DNA of 64,000 nucleotides from NCBI GenBank assembly GCA_024704765.1, contig JAKMXF010000110.1:62001-126000 (forward strand). The letters run 5' to 3'. This document shows, piece after piece, positions 13,858-28,139 of the stretch. Position numbers and translations under genes: made by a program. Each line of letters opens with the position of its first letter. Positions within the stretch are counted from its first letter, which is position 1. The DNA is from Oopsacas minuta. Lineage: Eukaryota > Animalia > Porifera. The notes beneath the pieces were generated by a model, which saw nothing but the letters and a program-made list of their open reading frames with translations, made no database searches and was not told where the DNA came from.

Positions 13858-14313
13858 ATAGTTGGCTCAAGAACGAACCTAGTTGTCAAATTGTCAATAC
13901 AATCTAAACCCATATACATCTAGAAATAAGAGCTTAAATGTTATACTACTGTAACCATGGAGATAAAGCTGGTTCAGGTCTTGTAAATTTCCCTGTTGCC
14001 TAAGTGGTACTATGTTAATTAATAAAAAAGTATGATAACTGAACTAAATGATAGGTTCATCCGAGTGTAGGAAATTGACGCTGGAATACAGTGTTATGGT
14101 ATCACAAATCACAAATCAATCTACGTATAGTGTTAAAGTATCATATTCTACAAATAAGGCTATGTAAGCTATTTTACGCCAAAATAAATAATGCCCATAT
14201 ATGGTAAAAATGGGACCAAAAATCTTTAGACGAGAGCTACTACAACTCAACGTGGGCATGTGGTAAATTTGTCGACTAAGCAAATTAAAACACGAACAAC
14301 GCATTACCATATA

Positions 14314-15217
14314 TAGGGTGTTAAACAATTGATGTCGTAATACAGAATGGACAAATAAAACATATCCTTGCAGTGTAGTATTGTGCTCCCTACTTTCCCA
14401 TATAACCACCATTGCTAGCAATACATAATTTAATCCTATTTGGCATTGAAGTTATAAGATTGGCCAAAACATCCTCCGTTACCTGAGACCATCCCAGTTT
14501 GGGATTTTTTTTCAACTTTCTTCATTTGTTGTGAGTGGTATTGAATCCAGTTGACTTTGGAGTATTGCCCACAGATTTTCTATAGGATTCAACTCGGGCG
14601 AATTCGCAGGCCATACTTCTTTAGGCCAAAAACCTTTAAGGTTCTTCAAATACCACTACTGAGTTCGTTTAGTTGTATGAGCCGGCGCCCCATCTGGTTG
14701 GAAAATGGCCTTGGATAATGTTTTTCATGATTTTTCGTGTGTAAAAGGGTCCATTATTTCTTTTTCCTTTAAGGCTAGGTACCAAACTTTCTTCAAAATT
14801 TCCTCTACATAATATTCTGTATTTACGGTCTTACCTGGTGGAATAAAGTGCAATTCTGATAAGGCAGAGCAGGATATCATACCCCCACACATTTACTTTC
14901 AGAGGGTACTTCACAGTTTCTACCGGAGGTACATTATCTCGTTTCCGAGCCCATATTCGGTCATTTTGACGATTCGGAGTATGATAAGTTGAAATGGTGA
15001 TTCATCTGAAAATAGTATCCGTCTCCAATCTTCCACACGCTAGTTCTTCCTCTCTTTGCAGAATTTTACACGGGCTTTTTTCTGAGAATCGGTTTACTTT
15101 GGCTGTTTTTGTGGTTTATAAGGAGTAGCCTTCAAACTTGTAAAAAAATTCAAAAAAGTAACGTGAGAAACTGCTACTATGCCTCTCCTTCTCAAATTCT
15201 TGGTCAATATCCTAATT
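14314..15217 (-). mobile_element. Decayed IS630-Tc1-mariner transposase, DD37E type
   Basis: Manual translation: WRRILFSDESPFQL / HTPNRQNDRIW ... FQPDGAPAHT ... WPANSPELNPIENLW ... CIASNGGYMGK*. It has stops and frameshifts, with 37 positions between the second D and E. Candidate end TA-tagggtg at about 14314. Confidence 0.85.
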
Positions 15218-15683
15218 CAAGGGTGCTCAAACCGTGGCCCGCAGATAATTGTTTTTTTCTAAACACTAAATAGATAGAATTATAGATACTCTACAAATGC
15301 ATTAATGTTCCTAGAATGAATAAAGTATTTGGTAACTCTAGTTTGCATTTACGAATTCTATCAATTATTAGAGCTTCACAAGTATAAGTATAACGTAGGA
15401 GGCAGAACCTAAATTGAAATGGCGAGATTTTTCTATAATGTTATTCTACTATGTACAGTAGAATTCTTGATTTGAGACAGCGAATCCATGGTTGTACAAA
15501 ATACAGTAGGTATCAAAGTTACCAAATGGGTATTCGGGAACTATAATTACTTATATAATATTATCTAGGTCTGCGAGTTCACCACTGGAAACTGTGTATG
15601 ACCAGGCTGCCCAGAGAGGCAGAGGCCAATACTGGTATTCACCAGGTACATAGATCCAGTCATTCGCTTTGTTTCATATACTA

Positions 15684-15929
15684 CACTGCCTGGCCAAAAG
15701 TATTGGAACACCCTGCCACAATTAATACCTGAAACAAAGGGTATGCTACCATAGTTGTATAAGCTAAAGATGATTCAAAAATGTTGAACATAAATATATC
15801 ATAAAACGAATGATAACAAGCTATTGTTCTACTTTCTGCAATATCCATAGAATCTTTCAACATATTCTTATCTAATGCCACTTGTGCACGAGTTGTAAAC
15901 AGTGTTCCAATACTTTTGGCCAGGCAGTG
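15684..15929. mobile_element. Tc1-like MITE with perfect 28-bp TIRs
   Basis: cactgcctggccaaaagtattggaacac at 15684-15711 and its exact reverse complement at 15902-15929; TA on both sides. Confidence 0.9.
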
Positions 15930-16959
15930 TAGATGTCTTTTCTATTAATTTATAACTCAATCCAACCTGATATATGCATTTAGACTCACAAATTTATGCT
16001 ATCCACACTTCATATACAGAACATAACAAGTGAAGAATACTCAGCAATACTTATACGTCATACAAGTAGTCAAATTGTCTTTCTTATAAAAAATACAAAG
16101 ATTTTCTTAGTACAGTATATCCTGTTGTTTAACAAATGGCCTAGGTTTTAAGAGAATGTAGATAAATCAAACAGTTAATTAATCCACACGCACAAGCCAC
16201 AAGTATTACCTACTTAAGGTAAATAACCTTGTGGCTTACAAAAATAGTTTGGTAAGTAAAGGAGATAGCAGTGAGTAGCCAAGAATATTCTCTTTTGAAT
16301 GCTGATGCTATGCTTAATAATATTACTGGATAATAACATGCAAATATGAATAAACTGGTCACAATGTCTTGCCCATTAGTTTATTGTACATATCCTAAAC
16401 CAGAAATATCGATAATATAATATCAAGTAAGAAATAATTATTATTAATACACCACAGACCATAAGGCTATATGGATTACGTAATAATTATCTCAAAAATA
16501 AATATGAATAAATATATAAATAAAAACATTTTGTTATTACAGGATATTAATATTGAATAGAACAATTAGAGGGAAATATTTTAAGATTTCTATAAAATAT
16601 TACAAACTCTCTATATTCAATAAAAATGTTACAAATTTGATTAACTGAGGTCAAAGTGTAATATAGATGGTCAGGACGATCATAGTTATAGTTAGGTGAT
16701 GAATATATATATATATATTACGTAGTATTGTATTAAAATACCATACTGTACACACATACAACATCTTATAATCACATCCAAAATCCTGAAAAAGTCGCCT
16801 TCCCTATCACTAAAAGGATGAAGATTGGTTATCACTATCTTAGGATCTACCCATTGACAAATTTAGTTGATTAGTAAGAAGTTGAGTAGTTCTAAAAAGT
16901 GCAAAAGGAATAGAAGTCGTACGCTAGTCAAGCTTGATATGAGGGCGGAGGGTTTAAAC

Positions 16960-17215
16960 CAGGAGTGGGTAAACATTTTCCTACGCGGGCAGTTTTGACC
17001 TACGACTACGTTCCATGTTCTAATTTATTAGAGAAACTCTACTAGCTAATTGTAAAATAAACAATAATTATACATAATAATTACCTAATATTGTTTATGA
17101 AATTTCCAAATGCGTAAGGAAGAGTAGGACAGTGATAAAATAATTAGAGTACTCATAATTTAAGCCAGGCGGGCAGGTTCAAAATAACAAGCGGGCCGTA
17201 GTTTGGCCACCCCTG
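16960..17215. mobile_element. hAT-family MITE
   Basis: TIRs caggagtgggtaaac / gtttggccacccctg (12/15 match). 8-bp TSD GTTTAAAC at 16952-59 and 17216-23. Confidence 0.85.
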
Positions 17216-19263
17216 GTTTAAACTAACAAATGCATATATTCCATATTAGGTAAACACAACCTGTACATTACGAACATCAATTGATCGAATAGCTAGATTA
17301 ATTTGTCTACTAGCTAGCTTCTGGTGCTATTAAAATAAATGATGACAGGTGGTCTTAATTACTTATGAATAATTCCAAACACATGTAGAAACTCTAATTA
17401 TTCAAACGGGGGGGTAAAGCAGATTTCTTCATACATATGTAAAGTAGATCTCTCAACCTGTAGTAGAACCGAATTCTGCTGTAAGTATATTCTATTTAGT
17501 CATATATTGAATATAAATAGCGTGGTTAAGTTACCAACGCTGAAAGGTCAATTGCACCATATTATTGCTTAGCGAAGGAAAAAAAGACAAAGGCAAATAA
17601 GCATTCTATTAGATGTCTGCAGAGCACAACAACAATCTAACTCGTGCAATTCGGTATCATGTAAGGTATTATACACAATTGATTTATCCCAATAGAAATA
17701 ACAATAATACAAATTTGAAATATTCGAATAATAAATCAAACAACAAATCAAACAACAAATTTATGAAAGAGTGTCTTAGTTGGATTACGTGAGCAGGAAA
17801 TATTGGGCACATTCTCCTAATCACATTGCATTGAATGATAACTGTCATCAAATCTATTTCCCTTATTTATTTTCTGAAGGAATGAAACTTGAGAAAATCC
17901 AATAATAAATGAAAGGCTGATAAATTTGAAGCTGTATTCTATGCAACTGATCACAAGCATTTATGTCGTGATATCTTATACTTATAGGTTTCCATAATTA
18001 GAGAACTGATAGAAGTATACTGTTTCTCAATATTTCAATGAATGTAGCGTTCAGAATATATTACATATTGTGATTGGAGACAAGTACGTTGTCAGGGAAT
18101 TTCATACTCCAGGAACATTAGCATATACAAGTCAATGCTAACGGCTACAATGTAAATGGTTTCTTTCCAATAAATATTTATTTGCTTAAATACAAGGAGA
18201 GGCCATCTTTAGTGAACATTAAAATTAAGATACTCAGTATAGTATTACAATGATTTCATAAGACAGTATATACGAAATATTGAACTAATAGCTCTGACTT
18301 ATGAAGTATTGTTTTGCAAAAAATAATGAAGTGAAAAACTAATGCCATTAAATTCTTTTTTGGAAGATGCACAATGGAAAGAATATCAAATTAATGATAT
18401 TTGCATTCTATAGATTACTTGGAAGAGTAATTATATACATTGAATGATTATCAATCAAATTATACCCAAATTTCGCATATTTTACTTAGGATATAGTGTA
18501 ACGAAAATATTCGGGTTTGTTTGAGCTTTAGTCTAGAAGTCATTTATGATCTTCAGGAGTATTATTTAAGTATTACAGGAAGATATAAGTAGAATTTGAG
18601 ATCATAAACAAATTCAAGGAACGAAAACTTAGGGAGTTCTTATTATGCCCAAGAAAAACTTATTGTATCATAGTAGAGAATTCCCTGTGTTATAATTCTT
18701 CAAACTAATCTGTAGAGAAATCGGTACAAACCAAATGTTGTCTAATATCTATTTTTCCAGCTGAACAAAATAATCTACTTTCATACATTTCGAGTATAAT
18801 GCTATAATCATGTAAGGAAGACAGTGATTTCGAAGATTAATTATTCATACAGGAATTGAAACTGCATCTGTGTATTCATACTAATAATGACGTTAATAGA
18901 TGGCATCGAATGTATGTAAAACGAGCACTAATATCTTCAGTATAACTAAATTTAGTATCAAAAATAAATTGAATCGTTGAAGAACTACTCGACACGATTT
19001 CAACTCTTTATTATTTTAGCAATACGGATGTAGTAGTTTAAATTGTGACTATTGTGATTTGAAGCAGTTTTCAATAGCCATCAATGCTATCATCGTAAGG
19101 ATATCCTGTGTGATTAGCTAGGTCAATTCAATGTATAATCAGAATATTAGATAATTCGTATTATTAATGTTTACACCAAGTGATAAAAAGAAAATGAAAT
19201 GAACTTTAGTGCAATCAAGATACTGTAAACAAAATATTTGATAAATGATTATATTTCCATGCT

Positions 19264-20244
19264 CTATGATTGGAAGTATTTAGTTTCTGAGATCCAGGGA
19301 TGTTCTAGAATCTGCTCGATGGTAGGTCTGCTTGTAGGATCGACTTGAAGACAACATTTAATAAAGTCTTTCGCATTTGCAGAAATATGACACCATTTCT
19401 GGCTATGAAACTTGTATTTAGCATGGGTAATACAGGCGTACATGTAGTTGGTCATTTCAGCGTAGTTAACCTCAGGATAGAAGGGAGGGTATCCGCATAA
19501 GAGGATATACACGACAACACCGAGGGACCATATATCACATTTGCTGTCATATGACTGTCTGTCAGCATCTGTCATTGAATGATTCCATCGTTTATCCTTG
19601 CATATAATCTCAGGTGGAGCGTAGTAAGGAGTGTAGTCAGGTTTTGCTGGGTTGGAACTCTCTTCACAAGCAAATCCAAAGTCTGCAAGCTTGAGGTCAG
19701 GGTCCTGGCTGATATCCATAATCGGGGATTTTAGGAGAATGTTCTCTGGCTTAATGTCACGATGAATTAATCCTAAATTGTGAACGTCCTTAATGGCTAA
19801 TGCAATTTTACGGATATACATAGAAGCGATATCTTCAGGGAGGTTCGCGTATTTCGTAATAAGATCGAAAAGTTCACCTCCATTCATCATTTCCAAAACA
19901 ACATACAGATATTTGGCACCAAGTTTTGCACTCGGATGTATTCCATAACCTCGGTACACATCGACAATCCTCACAACATTAGGTGACTCGCTACAACGCT
20001 GCTGCAGAGATATTTCCTTCTTGCTGCTACGATTATCAAGGATAATTTTCAATGCAAATTGTTCTCCTGTCTTCTTAGATTTACATTGGTAAACCTTCCC
20101 ACTTACTCCTTCCCCAATTGAGCTCCTCCAATTAATGTCGTAGGATTTCTGGATATCAGTGCTTTTAAATTCTTCCTTTTTAACTGATGAAGGATCGGTT
20201 AATTTCTCAGTAAATCTTATAATTGACTCCATTGTTGATGACAT
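19264..20244 (-). CDS. Intronless MAPKAPK-like Ser/Thr kinase, 326 aa
   Basis: GEGVSG, FALK, HRDIKPEN, DFG, YTPYYAPPE, CDIWSLGV, GYPPFY, HPW. Confidence 0.92.
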   Translation of the reverse strand: MSSTMESIIRFTEKLTDPSSVKKEEFKSTDIQKSYDINWRSSIGEGVSGKVYQCKSKKTGEQFALKIILDNRSSKKEISLQQRCSESPNVVRIVDVYRGYGIHPSAKLGAKYLYVVLEMMNGGELFDLITKYANLPEDIASMYIRKIALAIKDVHNLGLIHRDIKPENILLKSPIMDISQDPDLKLADFGFACEESSNPAKPDYTPYYAPPEIICKDKRWNHSMTDADRQSYDSKCDIWSLGVVVYILLCGYPPFYPEVNYAEMTNYMYACITHAKYKFHSQKWCHISANAKDFIKCCLQVDPTSRPTIEQILEHPWISETKYFQS

Positions 20245-20320
20245 GATTATTTGGATTTGGATTTATTTGGTTGTAAAGTTTTGAAATATTTTCTGTGTTA
20301 TAAAATTGTAATACTTGTTT

Positions 20321-20330
20321 CTATTTATAC
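20321..20330 (-). promoter_or_regulatory. TATA box of kinase 20244
   Basis: GTATAAATAG on the minus strand, about 77 nt upstream of the ATG. Confidence 0.6.
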
Positions 20331-21426
20331 CGTTTTACTTGTATTGACATCACTGCTTATGTATATATGAACTAATAATGCTTCATTATTAGAATTATTA
20401 TACTTTCCAATATAGTATAAGCATGATATGATAATATCGAAAATGCAATATTTTCAATTTCGTAATACTTAATTAATGAATGTTAAGGTTTTTACTATAT
20501 TAAGGCTGATCCGAAATTACCAATCAATCACAAGTTGTTAAAGAATAAGAACAAAAAGTTATGCAATGAAATAGTCTAGTTGTACTTCACAGGTACATTT
20601 TCTAGGTTTTGGTTCAGTCAAATATAAAAATTACGGAAGAAATCATTATTTAGCATTTAGAATAAGTAATCCGCTGGGTCAGTGAACAAAAAAAAAACAG
20701 TATAGTTGTGAATATATGCTATAAAAAAAAAATGGTAGCGTAAAAAATTTCGTCGTGCTCAAAGTTTAGTGTTCCGATTCAATTCAAACGTAACACTCCG
20801 ACCGTAATCAGACATAAACAAGGTAGACGAAAATTTTCTAGGAATGAATTTTCTAAGAAATCCAAAGATTCCTAATAATCGTAGCTGTAAATTTCTTATT
20901 TTATACATATTTTGCACGACAATAGATAATTCTAGATATTACACCTGCTTCACTGATAGAGCTAGATTTTAATGTTTGAGGGTATTTTAATCTGAGAAGT
21001 ATCCCCCATTTACCATACCCCCATATAGAGGTTCGTTACTATGGAAATGAACGAAAGTGGCCAAAGATTGCTCCCCTTATTGAGATTTCCCATTTAGAGA
21101 CCCCGCTTATAGAAAATCTACAAACAACTAGATCAAAGAAGAACGAACTATAATTATAAAAAGATGAAAGTGCAAAACAGAGAGGTGGTTAACATTTGTT
21201 CCAAACCGATAGAACGGAATAATAACAGTAAATTGATTACAATTAACGTACAATGACATGATATTATGGTAATCACGCATTAGAATGTGGGTTTCAGAGT
21301 TATTCAGTGGTTAATCTAAACAAAAGAGTTCATAATTAAGCAAAACGCAATTTGTATACTAACTGACACATACATATATATATCCTGTGAGTAAAAACAA
21401 ACAAAGAATACATCAATAAGGTAGTA

Positions 21427-21477
<51 letters not shown>
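21427..21477. repeat. Microsatellite (AAT)17
   Basis: Read directly. Confidence 0.95.
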
Positions 21478-21479
<2 letters not shown>

Positions 21480-24400
21480 AGTGTCTGGCTTCTGCTATCT
21501 AAATGAGGCTATAACGATATGTATCACCAAATGTAGTACGTATACGCCTTTATTGTAAATTCATGAAAATTAAAGATTGGAATAAATTATTGAAACTTTC
21601 CTCTTGGAATTGCAATCAATCTTTGAAAAATTTTAATTTCCTGCACTCCTAAACACTCCATTTATTCCATTGTGTCAGAAGCCTACATACGGGATGGGAT
21701 GGTAGGGCCTTCTTGGACAAGTATTTTAATTAATAGAAAATACGAACAAATTACTTATTGATAGGGTTATGGCCTTACGAACCTAACAAACAATAACATG
21801 ACCTACTCTTATGCATGTGATCATAAGAGTTTAATGATATCTTACAAGGAAAGTAGCAAAATTAATACAAATGACCTCCAAAGAATCAACATACTTTTAT
21901 TATACTTTCATAATATTTCCTGAGTACAGAAAGTTAATTACGTAAATCTTTTAAGTTGTAAAAATAGAAAATTATAGGTAATTTTCTTAAAAATTTCATA
22001 AAGAAAGTGTACTACTGATTAACTTTATAACCCTTATGATTAAGTGGTAAATATCGAATAACCACAGATTAGTGGCTGCTTTCACAATAAAATTCACTGA
22101 TCATCTCAAGCTCAGTTTAAGGAGAAGATATTCAGGTTAATCAGCTGAATCAACCGATGAGCTTAACAGTTATAATCAATAAATACTGCTCATGAAATAT
22201 TTCCAAATAAATTGTGAGAAGAAAATAATGGTTCAATAAAATAAATTGTAAAATTCCAGCAGTAAGAAATAACTTTAAAATAAGGGAGGATATGATGTAT
22301 ATAATGCTATCTAGATTCTAGGAGAACAACATTACTCATTATGATAGGCAATTTTATGTAGTGATAAATGTATAGAAATACGTAAATATTACTTAGAATT
22401 ACTACATGAGTATAATGACTGTAATACATACATTGTGATAATATCCAGAAATTTATTTATTTGTGGACAATTTGCTACAGAACACTTACGTAGACGTAGT
22501 TAAATAACAAAGGATTCTATTTGTATAATTAATTTAATGCTATATACATCGTAACGACAACTTTAGCAATATAAGATATTATTTCATATCTTTTAAACAC
22601 AGAGACTTCCCAAGATTAATATGGCATAGAGAAAATCATTATTATGATAAAATGATATTTTTTGTAAAATACACTTGTGTAAATATGACGTCAAATATTT
22701 CCAATATTATATGAGTCCCCCTGTGGAAAACTTATGCGATGAGTTTTTATTGAGTTAGCGTAAGAGTAATAAATATGACATATCATCAATTGAATAATAA
22801 ACTGGTTGCCATCGGTAAAAACATTCAATTATAATAGCCAGATTGGCAATAGTTACACCATTGTTAGCTAATAATTGTACACCTACAAAGTCTGTAAAAA
22901 GTACGTAGACTTTTACCGATAATAAAATAGCTTAAAGTGACACACTTGTTTTAAGCTAACTTAATTAATTACCCTCATGTTGTGTACAACCATTCCATGT
23001 AGGTAGATAACACAGGGAATATTAGATAATGCTATAACTAGAAAGGAAATAGAAAATATCCTAAAAATATTACCTGTTCAATTGTATTTGAATAAAAAGT
23101 GAAAAAGTAATCAGAAACTTCCCTTAAATTATGGTTATGATAAATGCTAACGATTATTATTTAAAGTTGTTCTGAATACAAATGTAAGGAAAAGTAGAAT
23201 AGCAGAGTAAGTATTGGGAAATATTATTGTGTGAAAACCAGTTATTCTGAAAACTGTATTAGATGATCGGGTGTAAAATGTAACTGCTCATGTAGTGCTT
23301 AATAGTATCATGATGATGTAAATGTCATCTGAGAATGTTGCATGATACAACCATGAGGATGTGAAGTGTATCATTAGTCTACTGATAATCACTAATCATG
23401 ACGATGACTATATAAAGCAATGAGTATTTGGCTCATGTGTATATTGAGAAATAATAAATTAAATTAAACCTTATTACCGGTAATTAAATTCAATACGCAA
23501 TGTTAAACGCCCAATTAAATCACTCGAGGTCATATTATTGCTGAAATAATACTGACAGATTTGTTAGATATTCTTGAGTTCATACAACTTTGAAGTACAT
23601 TGAAAACTGCATTAAAATATATCATTGCAATTAACAATTCTAATAATCGTGAATTTTAGAAAGGAAATAAATCAGTGGAATTGAGAATTTTATGATATCT
23701 GTGTTTTGTGGTACCAACTGATACGTACTTATGTGATGTGATACCTAAACTTCAAGATACGATTCTAAAATGGAAAAATTCCCTATCAAATTATATAAGT
23801 ATTGAAATTATTATCTCTCTCATTGATAAATATGCAACAAAGAAAAACTATGGCTCTATGATCATCCCTTGAACAGCTATGCACAGATATGAAATGTTTG
23901 TTTTACCTTAGCCTGTTAACCCCAATAATTAATCTGGCCTACTCTATTAAAATAACAGTATAGTCTGATTTAATACTTTTCATTTGGAGGACTCTTACAG
24001 TATAGTTGTCCAAAATAATGATCGTGCCACACTCAGCTAATTTCGACTCTTGAATTGGCTGGCCACTGGCTGAATCTGAATCTAGTGCTCTCCATGTACA
24101 TTTTATAACTAGTTCGTTGTATCCAACCAGAGATTTCGCTTTCACATAGAAATTAATGATCTACATCATTTGAACCAAGGATTAATAGAACTACCAAGCT
24201 TTTGGTTCGTTTTGTATGACAAACCTCCTATAAGGTAAAAGACTTGGGACAATGGACCTAGACAGACTTTTGAAATCCTTTGTGTAAGACTCGTATTACA
24301 GGTATACTTCACATTTATTAGGAGTCTACTGCAGTCAGCACAGCAATTTTCAATTTGAGGTATAATTAATATTTGGATTGAATTTACGTGCATTAAGAAT

Positions 24401-24878
24401 ATTAAGAAGTCAAGCTCACAGGACCCAGGATAATAATGATACATTAATCAGTGATATATTGTATCACAGATCTGAAGACAATTTTAATAAAGTAATAAAG
24501 ACACGGTACATGATTCTTGTCTCTAATTAGTTTACACATATATGAGTTTGTGGTTAGGTATGTTGGCAACGGCAATCTTAGAATATCAAGTTGAAACTCA
24601 AAAATCGAAATTGAAAAGTCTCCCTTTGGTTAGCCGAATAATATTCTCATTACTAGCCATTCGTTTAGAACAAATCCCAATGCAACAAGCCAGCCAGAAA
24701 TCTCACAGGAATATTCGTTTAAAGTAAATTTAATTAAAAGAGTTAATTAAAACAATGTGGAGTGAATCATGCAAATATTAAAATGACATTAGAACCGAAT
24801 TGTCTTTGCCTGGCTTGACAGGGAAGAAGGGATCTGTAATTATAGAGGTTTGGATTTGTAATTCCATTGATAAAATCA

Positions 24879-25865
24879 TTAAAAAGAGGATTGAAATGAA
24901 GTAGTTTCTTGGAATTTTTCAAACCATGGATGAGATAAAACTTTTTCTAAAGAACATCTATCGTCAGGATTAGATTTCAACAGCGCATTAATAAGATCTC
25001 GAGCCTCAGTTGATATCGCTGGTTCTTCAGACGATATCTTATATCTAGCATTTTGTATATTATCATACATCAGTTGAGTTAATGGATTATAATTGATTTC
25101 TGAGAAGAATGGTGTTTCGCCCAACAATAAGCAATACAATACTACACCAAGAGACCATATATCACATCTATGATCATAGGGAGCTAAATCCATAGAAGTG
25201 GGATATGGATTGTACTGTCTGTCTTTGCATAGTACTTCTGGTGCTACGTAATAGGGCGTGTACTCTACACGGGTAGGACGAGATTTCTCCTGGCAAGAAA
25301 ATCCAAAATCTGACAGTTTAGCACACAACTCCTTATCTTCTCCCTCAGATAGCAATATGTTCTCTGGTTTAAGATCTTTGTGGATAATTCCTTGTTTGTG
25401 TAAACTCTGTAAACCATACACAACTTGTTTCATCAGGTGGACAGCTGTCTCCTCTCTCACTCCACCATGACACTTGATGAATTGGAACAGGTTCCCTTCT
25501 CCCTGTAGCTCCATCACGATGTACAAGTACTTTACACCTGGTTTACTACCTGGATGATGTCCTACACATCTAAACACGTCTATTATAGGAACTACATTTT
25601 CTGAATTACGAAATTTTCTTTGTAAATTAACCTCTTCTCTACTACGTTTGTTATCTTCCAATATTTTGAGTGCATATTTATATCCTAAGAAACGTGAAGC
25701 ACACATGTAGGTACCCCCAGATATACCACTCCCAATTCTGCTCCAAATCAGCTCATAATCCTGTGAGATATCAGTTGAGAGAATCTCATCTTCCCCACTG
25801 CTAGAACCTTCAGAATCACTTCTTGTTTTCGATATTTTACGGATGAATCTACCAATTTTAGCCAT
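24879..25865 (-). CDS. Intronless MAPKAPK-like kinase, 328 aa (ATG at 25865)
   Basis: GSGISG, YALK, HKDLKPEN, DFG, YTPYYVAPE, HPW. The track starts at a TTG; the first ATG is two codons in. Confidence 0.9.
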   Translation of the reverse strand: MAKIGRFIRKISKTRSDSEGSSSGEDEILSTDISQDYELIWSRIGSGISGGTYMCASRFLGYKYALKILEDNKRSREEVNLQRKFRNSENVVPIIDVFRCVGHHPGSKPGVKYLYIVMELQGEGNLFQFIKCHGGVREETAVHLMKQVVYGLQSLHKQGIIHKDLKPENILLSEGEDKELCAKLSDFGFSCQEKSRPTRVEYTPYYVAPEVLCKDRQYNPYPTSMDLAPYDHRCDIWSLGVVLYCLLLGETPFFSEINYNPLTQLMYDNIQNARYKISSEEPAISTEARDLINALLKSNPDDRCSLEKVLSHPWFEKFQETTSFQSSF

Positions 25866-28139
25866 TAACAATATTCAGCTTTATTCATGTTACAGAAAGT
25901 ACACCAATTAGACTATAATATATACTATTCTGTAGACTTGCTTCATATTTCAGTATTACCAGTGATATAATCAACAAGTTATAATTATAGTAACACTTCA
26001 ACTAAATAATTAATAATAATTATAGTAGCACTATTCGTTTGAAGTGATTCTAAGAATTTGTGAATAGGGTCGGTTTCATAGGAGCACTTACCACGTATAT
26101 TTAAAAATAAATACGTACCTATTGTACTCGTCAGCAACAACAATAATAAATAAATAATAATATACTCTTATTAATAAAGAGGCTGGTTTTCAACATAAGA
26201 TAGATTCTCCTTTATTTTCCGACACAATGTTCGAGAAAGAAAATTCGGCCATGCGGTTATAAGAAAGTAATTCTTATATTAACTGAATAAGGGAGGGAAA
26301 TGTGTGCTTTATGACGTCATAAGGTGCTAAAATCTGGTTTTTGGTGCGGGAATTGTTTCAAACGAAGTGGTAAAATTTTAGCGTTCCCTTTCATTACGAG
26401 CGTAAAACTCCTACAGTAATCTGTTAATGGTGAAAGTCTATACATACTAAGTAGATATCATCAATGAAATTATCATATCAGTTGGAGGTATACAGTTGAT
26501 AAAACATAATACCCCTGTATTGAAACATTAATAGAGTAATATAATATAGAGAAGAGCGTGATTACTGTGAGTTCATTGCAAGAAATGCAGTATTTGAATA
26601 ATTCTAGGAATTGCCCATATTTCTATTATTAACCATTTAGGGAATGTACACCATCAGGTGTAGGGCGGGATCAAATGAACTTTAGTGCTACGTTCTCACA
26701 ACAACAGTGAATTCAAATATAATATAGACAAATATTATGCATGTATATACCCCAATATACGCAGGTGTTGGGTATTGGCAAAATATGAGTAGCTAATTAT
26801 AGCTAGAGACGTGGAGGAAGTTATTTTAATATTAATTATGTATATATTTATATGAGTGAGTAAGATTAATATTAACAGTTATATTATCACAATTAGCCTG
26901 ATGGCAAGTAATCATTGCGAAAATTCTATATATATTTCGGGTGGGAATTGAAATAACATTAAACATCACATGAGTTAACATTAAACGTAAAATGATATTC
27001 TAGCCAGAATTCCTAGGCTAGTTTTACAAAATAAATAAATGAATAAGAAAGTAATCTATTATACATTGTGAATACGGATTAATTAGTAAAAATTTCAATT
27101 TTCAGTAGGAATATCAATACTAAGAAGTGCTGGGTGGATACAAATCATATTCCAAATCTACTCAATAATTCATTTCCCATACAAACATAATCCATAGCCA
27201 TAGCCATTTGGAATACGAATATTAAAATCATATCCAAGAAAAATCCATGAAATTCATACATTTCATGGATCTGATGGATTTCTTTGGACTTTAGAGAATC
27301 CAAATCCATATTCCATAATCAATCCGGCCCCTTTGTCTATACTCTATATTAGAAAGGCGACACTCGCATAATAATTTTGTCTGAATGAAAAGGCAATTTT
27401 AGAGGATTATTATTATACATATCATTTAGGGGTTTTTAACTCTCAAGCTAGGGTGTTATTTAGAGATATTTAAGCAATCTGGCCTAGATTGCTAGGTTCC
27501 TCTAGCGAACTATTTAGTCACGTAATTACAATATATGTAGATTGCAAGTAATGTATTTGAAACAAGTACGGATATGAAAAGTGTTACTAAGAAAGAATGT
27601 TAATATAATGGTTACTGTAATCTGTTGTATGTACACCAGCCAAAAAGGTTGTAGAATGTAGATTATAAATTATCAGAAAACTCTCAAGTGTCAACAACAT
27701 CTTCTTAAGGAAATTTTTAATCGAGCGGATACATTAGTCATAATTTCCATGTAATCATTACGCATGGGATCTAAAATGACCTCAGGTTAGTGGATGTACT
27801 AGTATTCATGGGTCAAATTTGACCCCGGTAAAGTTGGAATTTGTCCTTCAGTACACTCAAAGCACAAGATATACCTCCCATTGTGTTATAATAATTAGTA
27901 TTAATCATCATCAGGTAAAAATATAAAATTATATTACGAATAATATATAATTCTAGTTATATAAAAATATAGAAACATCACAAAATATATGTCAATATAA
28001 TGGCAATATAGCACACAGAATATTATGAAAATCGAGTTTCAGTCTTACGTAGCACGTTTAGTTACAATCTATAGCACAGGCCAGTTACGTATAAATACGA
28101 GATAAGACAGACTACAGTTAAGAAGTTAAACAAACTGAA

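Noticed and set aside
5552-17751. Short 60-100 aa ORFs (5552, 7503, 7993, 10191, 10907, 12190, 13580, 13646, 14116, 15681, 17569)
   Set aside because: Expected by chance; several overlap MITEs or repeats; no motifs.
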